The position numbers were made by a program, and so were the translations under genes. Positions 29,015 to 39,565 of a stretch of 64,000 bases of DNA are shown piece by piece; position 1 is the stretch's first letter; every line of letters begins with the position of its first letter. The notes under the pieces are model-generated. The model worked only from the letters and a program-made list of their open reading frames with translations, was not told the origin of the DNA and did not search any database. This stretch comes from Iphione sp. A-MEVVRFRX5 (taxonomy: Eukaryota). The stretch covers positions 86,800,001-86,864,000 of the forward strand of contig OZ320313.1 of NCBI GenBank assembly GCA_976226885.1, given 5' to 3'.

Positions 29015-29728
29015 TGGCAAGGGAGTTGACCCTGTCTCTGGGCTCTGGTGTGACCATGAAGAGGGGCAAGGGTGACAGTGCATCCTCCCAAGATGCGCAA
29101 TGCAAACCTCTAAACCTATTTAGAAATTCCAGGGGAGTGGTTGTGGGACCTAAGTGTGGAGGAACCTGCTTGACAACATTTGTTGGAAAAACGTTTTTTG
29201 CGGGGTGATGTGGAGCTCCCATGATGCTCCATGGGAGGGAGGGCAGGTGGCGGAGGGGATCCCTGGTGTAGTCTAGGAGAAGGTGGTGTGGGTTGATGTG
29301 GGGGTAGAAGTGAGGAAGGAGGGGAGAGAGGTGACAAGTAATGGTCAGCATGCTGTAGTAAGTTCCAAGGGGGATGCATCGTTTAGACTGTAATAGTCCC
29401 ATCAGGCACCGTTGGAATGGCATGGCCACCCAGTATGCAGTGTGAAATTGCAGGATACCCATCCTGTCCATATGGAACCTCCAAAGGTCCCTGTTGACAG
29501 TGGGTATACTAGGGGATCGACCTTACAGTATTTATGGGGTCTATATTAGTACCGGTAGGGGTTTGCTGGCACTGGTCTGTGGTGCCCATAGTCAGTGGTT
29601 GGAGAGCCGGAGGATCCAGCCTCCACAAAGAGCCAGAAACAGAAAGAAAATGTAGAAAAACAAATTTTTTTTTACGAGGCTAGGGCCCTGTGGAGGGGGG
29701 CAACAACCTGTGCATGTTACTATTGTTA

Positions 29729-30039
29729 GGGGGTGTACACATGCATCCTTATTTTTCTAAAACAGGCATGGATCTGTGGACGTTTTTTTCACAGATTTGG
29801 CAGTTGTACTGGGGTGTTCACATCCGGCTCCGTTTCAATACAGATCTGGCTCCGTATCCGTTTTCAAATCCGTCGCCCATGTATTTTTTTACGGATACTG
29901 ATCCGTTTTCAGTAGAAAGCAATGGTGACTACACATCTGGTATTACATATGGGATGCTCTTAAATAAACACTGCAGGAGGTATTTCACGCCTGCGGACCC
30001 GTGGTCGCTTTTTTCCTATGGATGCATGTGAACACAGCC
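29729..30039. mobile_element. PIF/Harbinger-type MITE, copy 1 (311 bp)
   Basis: TIR GGGGGTGTACACATGCATCC versus GGCTGTGTTCACATGCATCC. Flanks TTA/TCA. The body is colinear with 35220-35520. Confidence 0.7.
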
Positions 30040-31767
30040 TCAGAGAGGGAGTACCCGGTAGCTACAGTAGACAGCACGGGTAAGCCTGTGTATGCTCACG
30101 AGCACGAGCGATTCGGATAGAATGAGTGACACTTCAAGAGACTGATAGAGTATAAAAGAGTGAATCAGAGTTCGTAGGGGAGGGTATGGCTTTTATGTGT
30201 TAGTGTATCTGTTTGAGCTTAGGATGAAAACAAAACGGATCCCATGCATGCATCATAGGTCAAGGTCACACGCGAAATCGGACCACATTGACACAGTCGC
30301 AGTAGTTACAACGTTTATAGGGGGAGCTACTGTGCTGACCTGGCAACTATCTTGGGAGTGCAAACAACCCCTAGCAACAATACATAGCAGTTTAGTTTCA
30401 AAGGCCAGAACTCATCAAATATACTGTCTAAAAATGTGTTAGTTCACAGAATTATAGAAACTTATGTTAACTTTAAATACACATTTGCATTAGCATCTAA
30501 AATAAACACTTCATGTAGTACTGATGAGTTTTTTAAGCAAGCTTAAGGATAGCAAACTACCCTATTATCACTCACTTTGTAAAACCTCTAACAAAACATA
30601 AATAAACCCTGTTATGATAATAATTACTCTTGGGAAATAACTTAGATATACACAAAAGCACAGCAGCATGTCTTTTTAGTGAAGACAATTCCATCTTTTT
30701 CTGTTACTAAGGTTTTGACAAGTTGTTTGCACCTCCCATATGTAAAAAATACAACCGGAAGTGGCCGAGGCGACCGTAAGAATGTCACCGTCAGTTTTGA
30801 AAATGATGTACACAGTACAACTTCAGCTGCTGAGGATCTACCGGTCGGATTTTCATGCAACAAATCGTCTTACACAGTACAAACCTTCCACAACAGGTAC
30901 TCGTCAGTAATACGATTCCATTACTATTTACAATTCCACTGGAGCCTGTGTACAGTGTGTACATGTTGCATTTACTGTAGTCGATCGCTAACAGCTCGGG
31001 ATTTTTGCCATTGAAAATAACCTGTCTGAATATTTGCTCAAACTATCGATCCGATTTTGATGTAGCAACAGCACCATAGCCCAAAATATGTAGATATGAA
31101 TCTGCGTCGGGAGTACTGCTTTCTATAATCATTAGACAGTTGTTTTCTACAAGAGATCAGTCGTAATGACGTCATCGCGGCACGGGGAATACCCGGGAAA
31201 GCCCTTCTGTGAGGGAATTCCCGCTTCACTGATGTGTAGTTCTGTAAACGTTTTTGTGAAGAAATGCATGGACCACTGGAATCGCACAATTTTGGAATGG
31301 GAAAGTTACCATATTGGAAGTTTAAAGGGTTTGGATACATCATACAACACTACGGTAGGACAGCAAAGATTCTAAGGAAAATGGAGATACATGAAAATGT
31401 ACTATATAAAAATGTAATATATCTACTATACGGTAAATATTTTCCAAGTTGGCTCAGTGTTGCTTCATTTACTTGGCAGTAGACAGATTTTTCATGCTAC
31501 CTGTATAGAACCTTACCGGAAGGTAGGTTGTAACTGTAAGTCTCAAGACTGAGACTTTTTCCAGGAGTAAAATTTCCTATTCATCTAATTATGTTAATGC
31601 TTTTTACATTTTCACTATCTATATAAGACGTTGCCCTTTGTACTCCTAATTCACCTGGAATTTCAGTAATATGATTGATAAGGCCAACAAAAAGAAATGC
31701 CTGTTTTTCTGGTTTAAAAAATGAAAGGCAGGTGCATATGATGGATCCTGGAAATTAGATTGGTTTA

Positions 31768-32265
31768 CCGGTACCACGATTTCGGACCTGGGTGATTTCA
31801 GACCAGGCGATATCGGACCAGCTGCCTTTTTAAATTCCTTTCATGTTCCAAGCCACCCTGCTTCCCAGTCCTGCCCCCTTCTACCGTCACCCAGGATGTT
31901 AGTGCTAAACCTGGGGTGAATAATGAACTGTGGTAGCTCTTCCCTCTCACATCCTTCTTTCACTCATCCCTGGGTCTTCCTGTCAATCCAGGGAGATATG
32001 TGCCAACTATAGGATGAGTTTGAAAGTGGACAACGGACAGTGACCAAGCTGCTACATAGATGTTGAAAAGAAGTGGAACTTCCACGTGGTTTCTACCAGA
32101 AATTGTTATATGGGAACCATTCCCCTCCCCTGCCCTGCCACCACCGCTACTGCTGCCGCCACTTGGTGGTCCGAAATCACTGTCACCCTGTGGTCCAAAT
32201 TCGCCTGTGTGGTCCAAGGTCACAGGTATTTCTTCTTTATTGCAGTCCGAAATCACTAGACACCC
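31768..32265. mobile_element. MITE-like element with subterminal GATTTCGGACC / GGTCCGAAATC repeats
   Basis: Several GATTTCGGACC-like copies at the left end and their inverted counterparts at the right end. TSD not resolved. Confidence 0.5.
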
Positions 32266-32361
32266 TTAGATTTTCATGAAATAGGTACCATATGGAGTCT
32301 TATGGTCTAAGAAACAAAATGGTGTATTGTATGAGTCTCTACAGCTGTGCTTTCCGTATCT

Positions 32362-32365
<4 letters not shown>

Positions 32366-32436
<71 letters not shown>
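32366..32436 (+). repeat. (AG)n microsatellite, about 35 units
   Basis: Direct reading; it explains the ERERER/SLSLSL ORFs in the track. Confidence 0.99.
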
Positions 32437-32440
<4 letters not shown>

Positions 32441-33489
32441 CAAATCTGTGTAAACTGCAAGTTTTTTGGGGTAGATCTCAAGAAATTCTGTCCAAATCTG
32501 TGTAAACTGCAAGTTTTTTTTGCATAGATTCCAGGGAATTCCATGCAAATCTGTGTAACCAAGTTTTTTAATGTAAATATATGCAAAGTATAACGTATTT
32601 CACATCATCTATCAAGTGATAGACAATGTTTATTCTGCTGAAAAGGTTCATTTCTATATTCTACTAGTATGTGCATGCCCATGTGCTAAGAAAATTACAG
32701 CCCAGGGCCGTTTTTCATCCATGCACCTCTCTGCACAATGCACTATGCACCACACACCCGTATGCATGGAAAGAGTCGTGTAGACTATCATAGAGTCATT
32801 ATTTTCAGCACCACGCAGTCCAGACTCCAGAGACAATTTCTGCATGCATGGAAAGCCGGCCTTAGAGTAAAGGTTAGGGTTACCTTTGGTAAGGAAGCAG
32901 TCAATTTTGTGTAGTGCCCGAGTTAAATGCCTCCAGGTACATGTTATGTGAGGAATGTATCCTTCTTACAGTATGGCACCCAGGGATAAAAGCCCAAACC
33001 ATATTTCTGACACTAGTTAACATTTGGTAGAAAGGCATATTGAGAAATGGAGGCGTCAAATCAGAGTTATGGTGAGTTTTAGGAGTAAAAACCCAATTTG
33101 TGATGAATTTGATGATAAAATCCCGAGGTGTGGTGAGGTTGAGGAATAGAACCCTGAGTTGTGAATTGCCTAACATATTTTGGCGATATTCTGCTGTACT
33201 TTTATAAATATAAGATGTTTCATCGAACCATATTGAAGTCTCTATGGCCTAATGGGTTAGAGCACCACCACCTATATAAACCATATACAGGGAGAAGAAG
33301 TCATCCTGCTGACATAGCTCTGCAATATGTTATATATTTACAATAGTTCCCATTCAGGAACATAGAGAAAACAGGATGGCCGCCATGCTTTAACATGTGT
33401 AGTGGAAACTCTGTTTGTGACCGCTTGAATTTGTGACTAAATTCAATTTACGACCATTTTTATTTGTAACAGAAGTGTTGATTTCTGTA

Positions 33490-33576
33490 CAGTGGAACCT
33501 CTGTTTCCAACCAAAATCACCAATCTGTCCGTTTCAATTTTGGCCAGAGTGGTGGTTGGAAATAGAGGTACGACTT
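33490..33576. mobile_element. 87-bp mini-MITE (TA TSD, pogo/Tigger-like ends)
   Basis: TA|CAGTGGAACCTCTGTTTCCAACCA … TGGTTGGAAATAGAGGTACGACTT|TA, a 24-bp imperfect inverted repeat. Confidence 0.7.
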
Positions 33577-33707
33577 TAATATGATATAGACAGTCAAGAC
33601 TTGTTAACTGGACTATCTCCATTCCCAGAAATTTAGCCTGGATATCAGATCTTGCGGTTGTCAAGCTAGCATCTCCTGGTATGGAACTGTTACATAATGG
33701 TAAAGTA

Positions 33708-34217
33708 CAGTGCGAGGTCCCCTTGCGGACACGTCTGAAATCCGGACACATCCACAATGCAGACGATTTGACGCAGAATAGATGTGTTTCCTATAGTTAA
33801 GCATTATATGGAGACGTCTGCATTGCAGATGGCGAATTTTAGGGAACGTCCCCCTACGGACATCGATATTGTGGTGTTGTCGCACAAATTTGGGCCTTCA
33901 CAGAGCCTTAAGAAGTCATTTTCAAAGGTAGACATGAATAAATATTTGGACTTTTACTGGTCAAATTCAGTACTTTATGACTTTTTCCAGTCAAATTCAG
34001 TATTTTTAGGACTTTTACTGGTCAAATTTAGTACATTTGGACTTTTACTGGTCAAATTCAGTACTTTCAGGACTTTTACTGGTCAAATTCAGTACTTTTA
34101 GGTACAAGGTTTGACCCCCATTCTATATCCTACTAACAGATCTACAAACTGGCCATGTCTGAAATGCAGATGATTTGGAAAAGAAGGGAGGGTGTCCATA
34201 ATCGGGACGTTGCACTG
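33708..34217. mobile_element. TA-TSD MITE (510 bp), same family as 27145-27859 in opposite orientation
   Basis: TA flanks at 33706-07 and 34218-19. TIR CAGTGCGAGGTCCC versus CAGTGCAACGTCCC. The first ~160 bp align to the reverse complement of the right end of 27145-27859. Contains five 30-31-bp tandem units GGACTTTTACTGGTCAAATTCAGTACTTT (33948-34101). Confidence 0.85.
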
Positions 34218-34990
34218 TATATGTAAAGTTACGTGTTGCCTGTATGGTAGAAGTCTCATCGACTTGTCCAGACACTGACAGGGTGATGTCCTGTGTTGTC
34301 TCTAACATTAGGAAGTCGCAGCCAAGCCATCCTACTACCAACAATACCAAAGATACCCTTCCCCCTCCCCCCAACCATTTGGATGATGCCCTGTGTTGTC
34401 TCTACTGTTAGGAAGTCATGGCCAAGTCGCCTTAACACGGACAATATCAATATCTATTAATAAAGAATATATGTATATAAGTATAACTGATTTCAAATTT
34501 TCCCTGAACTCCCTGGCTATACTGACACACATACTTTTTTTTAGTTTTATCGTTTAATTTTTAATAGGGAAATCATGTACGACGACAATGCTTTACTAAA
34601 AATATTTCCTCACCGCTTTCAGAAGACGGAAAGGTCTCAGGGATCCCCTAGTTAGGGTGAAGTCACCGTCCGTACCTTGCACGAGTACCTGGTCACAACA
34701 CTCAACAAATGCACAGTGAAGACATGCAAATAGTTCCCTAAAATCAACAAATCGGGGCGAATTGCTCGCAGGATTAATGGCATAATCTACATCCCACACA
34801 TAATGAAAGCCGCAAAAGATCTATACTGCATCACCTTCAGGAGATACAACTATGCAATACGTGGGTCAGACTTAGAACCACCTGTTGGGCCGTTTTAAGG
34901 CACATTTTGGTAACATCGCACTCAAATGCTGCAACGCATCCTGTGTAAACATTTCAATGGCTCTAACCACTCAGGGATAAATGACACTGA

Positions 34991-35137
34991 NNNNNNNNNN
35001 NNNNNNNNNNNNNNNNNNNNNNNNNNNNNNNNNNNNNNNNNNNNNNNNNNNNNNNNNNNNNNNNNNNNNNNNNNNNNNNNNNNNNNNNNNNNNNNNNNNN
35101 NNNNNNNNNNNNNNNNNNNNNNNNNNNNNNNNNNNNN
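34991..35137. other. Assembly gap (147 N)
   Basis: Run of N characters. Confidence 1.
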
Positions 35138-35219
35138 GGATACCTGAGAGATCTAGTTGAAATTCATTGAATCCACCGGATGCTTAGCATCTATTGGATG
35201 CTTACAATTACAAGTCTTA

Positions 35220-35520
35220 GGCGGGGTTCACATGCATCCGTATTTTCTAAAAATGGATACAGCTCCATATATGTATTTTTCCCAGTCTGTGGCAGTATAA
35301 TGAAGAGTTCACATGTCTCTGTTGCAGAATGGATACGGCTCCATATCCATTTGCAGAACCCATCCAAGACGGATTTTTTTACAGATACAGATCCGCTTTC
35401 CATACACTGCAGTGGTGAAAAGACATCCGCTGTCCATACAAAAAAACTGATCAGCAGGGGGGGTTTCAGGGCTCCGGACCCGTGGGTGTTTTTTCCGTAC
35501 AGATACATGTGAAAACCGCC
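35220..35520. mobile_element. PIF/Harbinger-type MITE, copy 2 (301 bp)
   Basis: TTA TSD at 35217-19 and 35521-23. TIR GGCGGGGTTCACATG versus GGCGGTTTTCACATG. Confidence 0.8.
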
Positions 35521-38500
35521 TTAATGTCATGGATGAAGTCAACAACTGAGAATCTTCTATACATATTGACACAGTTAGCCTCGTAAAAATATTATGTTTC
35601 CATGTGTTGTTAAGATGTAAGCAATATCACCACCCTACTTCATCCAGGAGGGCAAATTCTAGGAAAAATGCACCATACTTATTATGCACCTTTACAATAC
35701 TGGTGCATTATCTATAATTAGCTAGTGTTTGGTTGGTGACGCTTCTTTCAGTTGAAATCTATTTCACTAATAATCATATTTTCATTTCAGAACAATATTT
35801 AAGTATGGACGGTTTAACTTTTGGTACGTCTCCCCCTGCACTCAGCCCTGGAGACGTGGTCCCGTCAGCCTGCAGCAGACTGGACCATGTCCCTCTGGCT
35901 CCTTGCAGGGTGCGACGTACCAATAGTAAGTGTCCATACTTAAATATTAAGACCTCTACCATTGCCACACTCATTGACCCTGCATATTGACATTGCCATT
36001 TTTTCTGTGATATCTAAAGAGGCACTAAAACCGTGCACATTATTTGATACTAAAAATGTTATATTTCAGAAAGTAATAATAAGAATTTTTCGAATGCTTC
36101 CATGTGCAAAATATTTTTGTGTGTAAATTGCATATCGGTCATAACATGACAACCACTGCAACTGTGTTATGCCTTCACTGCTCACCTAGTAATCCTATTC
36201 CTCCTACTGTTTACTACATTCAAATTGTTACCGGTACTCTCTATGGTTGCGTCACATTTAATAAGAGGCATGGCCTCGTTTCATTGATTGAACACACATA
36301 TTTGTGTGGTTGATTCAACAATATTACGAATGTATTTAGCAAGACAAATTTACAGAGGAAGATTAAACACTGGTTTATTTTCACCCTCCAAAGAAGACAG
36401 TGCGTGATCGCCCTGTGTCTACTGCTGGTATTATTTGACATTATGGTCACGCTCGCTGGGATTTTCGGTGTTTAAGAGTAAGTGACTACTAATCCGCTAT
36501 CGGCCCTTAGGGAGATAGACAATGCATTGCACGTCCATTTACTGCAAGTGTCGCGTTTATAACGCGCCAGGCACACCGGTGCTCGCCCTTCCAGGCGCCG
36601 TTCCTCATCTGCACCGTTTTGCCGTAGCTGCAGATGTGGCGCCATCTCAGTCCCTGTATTTGTGATTAAGGCTTACGTGTAATTTGCATGTACAAATTTT
36701 TCCGTACATGTTTCGATATTTTTTTGGTGTCTGCGGTTTATGAACTGCTGTTTTCATGTACTAGTAACTAGTAGTATGTATTTGTCCTAATACGGATCCG
36801 TGCTTCAGATTGGGACGTCCCTGTTTTCACGGAGGATCCGTGTTTAGGATAGGACATGAAAACCACATCTCCATTCAAAACTGCACTCATACACAGACCT
36901 GTATACATCTGTCCATTCTTTCGTATATTCTCTCTATAGTCATATCCATGGACGGGCATGTAAAACGCACACACGGGTACATGGAAATTAAGCCTCAACC
37001 TTAGCGACCATCGGCGCACCGGTTGACGCATGTTTACGATGCTTGGGCGCGGTTTGTTTCGGTCACTGTAGTAGAGAACAGGAAGCGTCATCACAGGGTC
37101 CCTAACCTCGACGCCATGCAGGTGATTGCCTCCATTTGTTAGAGCCAAGTCCCTAGTGTTGGGCTGAAGAACCCGGCTGGGATGAAGAAGCTGACACTAG
37201 ATTGGGATGTGCATGACTACTTAAAATACGGCGGTGATGGTTTGGGCGGCGAAGAGCTGTACGTGTAATTACTGCAGAAGGTTTCCCCTCCATGCTGTGT
37301 ACCCGGCGTCAAGTGAACCTCCCTCATCCATCAAGCCGATAGAGTCGTTTTCAAACACAGAAATCACCATTTTTTTGCACCGCCCGTGTAATCATCAGTA
37401 ATTACATTGATTAGAATACTAGGTTGTTGGAAAGGAGCACACTGTACGCCCAGGTAAATATGGTCCTCAATGAGAGAGCGACAAATGTGCAACCAGAGTG
37501 GTTGAAGGCAGTTCATTTCTGGCAAAATTTTGGAAGAACCATCATGAATATAAACCTTTTCAGGGAAAAACATAGGACCGCACATACACATCTAATTACT
37601 TCAAATCTCTGTGATTGTCAGAATTCTGTCTGAAGTACTGCATAATCCGAATTGATTCATCATATATTCTCTGTATTAAAACCAGGTTCGAAATATTGAA
37701 GAATTCGAAGTTCTGAGTCTGGATGCATCAGGCCTCACTGTATATACAGTCAACTGTCAGAAACGTGCCAATCAGACTGGCTATAACTGTCAACATTTAC
37801 GCTATAGCTGTAGTAGAGATCGTTTCCAGAGGCGGCTCTCTTGTGCTAGTAGACCTGCACCAGTGACTTGGACCATCTTCGTTTCATTGTTCTTGCCGCG
37901 AGGTAGTTATGTGATTTCTTCCTGTTCAGTGTTTTACCTCCTTGTACCACCCCCTCTTTGCAAAATACATTTGGATACTTATCACGAACTGTTCAAAGCA
38001 GCTTATGAAACCTGAACAATCAGTCCCAGCACTGTACCAAGTAGGTATCCAGTCGTCAAAACACATGAAGGGAGATACATGAGGTGCCATACCTTGTAGA
38101 ACCTTCAAATATTCTTATTTTAATCAATACAAATAATGCACTCTGTTAGTAGGACCAAATTTGTTAAAATCTGTGAAGAGAACAAACTGATTTCTTTGTA
38201 CAGTGCAGTACTTAATTATACAATAAACTCCATCATGCAATTTACAAGAGTCACACTATAGGTCTGACACTGTAGTCTTTTAATTCTGTAAGTGAATGTT
38301 GCCAGAGAAAGCAAGTGTTGTACTGTAACAAAAAAATAAAACAAAGTGACAGATTTTTTTAAAGACAGTGATAACCATGTTGAGCAATTGATTTTATTCA
38401 TATTTGAACTCAACACCAAGCTTTTCTGTTTTGAAACCATGCCGGAGAAGAACTTACCACATAACATTTTACATGGTAAAATGCTATTGCAAGGTCTTAT

Positions 38501-39565
38501 GATTCACATGCACATCATCCCCTCACCTGCCTGCTGATCGAGATGCAATGTTGTACTACTATCATCTGTATTGGGTGACCCCTTCTCCCTTGTACTGTTT
38601 TCTTATCAGTAAGTTCTACTATATAGAAGAAGTGTCTATTTATTCAGGCCATCGAGACACCTCTGGTCGTTAGGAATACATATCACAATCTGGTCCAGCT
38701 AACAGTCGCAAGAGTCCTATGAAATTTTTTCGTCACTAGTTTCGATAGAATGTCATTTTGGATTTCTGCACTCAGCCCAACTTGTGAAATAGGTCATATG
38801 ACAACTGATACACTGGTACTATCAACTGGCAACTCTCCTACTAGGCTTAATTTGCTAGTGCACATGTCATCGTGGTCGTATTTTTACGGCCGTGGTTACC
38901 GGTTTTCACGGTGAGAGCACCGTATTTTTACACACAACCTAAGAATTTCCATGATACATATAAACAGATAGCACTTTTCATGGCCCTAGGCCACATAGTT
39001 AAGGAGGCGATAGAAACACAAGGTGCAAAAAGTAACATCATTCACCTCTGCCTGAATGCGGAAGGATATGACTGCCCCTCCCCCTTCCTGCGCCCCAACT
39101 TCCCTGTGATAACACGTTAAGATTAAATGTTTTTCATCTGACATGCTCATAGAATTCAGTATCGCTTTTTGTGATGTGATAGTTGAACAGGCTAATCAGA
39201 GTACAGCTTTTAAAGAGGATGGGAATTTTAATCAAAGACAAAAACGTGCAGGATTGGAGTTAATGGGAAGCCTAAATGTCTTTTACTTGTAATTTTATAA
39301 GTAAAACTATGGAAAATTACATGCATAGAGAAAACCCTCCAAAAATATAGATAATGAGTTTTGTTTTATTACGTGCACTAGTTTTGAATTAGTGAGACTT
39401 GAAATGTGACTGTGTGAGATCTAGACAGGTTGCAGCATGTCTATGCTGGAAGCACATCTGTGATGTTTGAGAGTGGGCTGAACATTTGGCGCAAAAACAA
39501 ACAGTGAACTGTTTCATGATAATTTTCATACACATGACAAGGCTATTGTTCTCTCTTTCAGGAAG

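Noticed and set aside
32266-32586. ORFs with ERERER/SLSLSL tracts
   Set aside because: Translation artefacts of the (AG)n microsatellite.
36670-37000. Third TWA-TSD MITE
   Set aside because: The TIR match needs a 6-bp gap and the TSDs differ (TAA/TCA).
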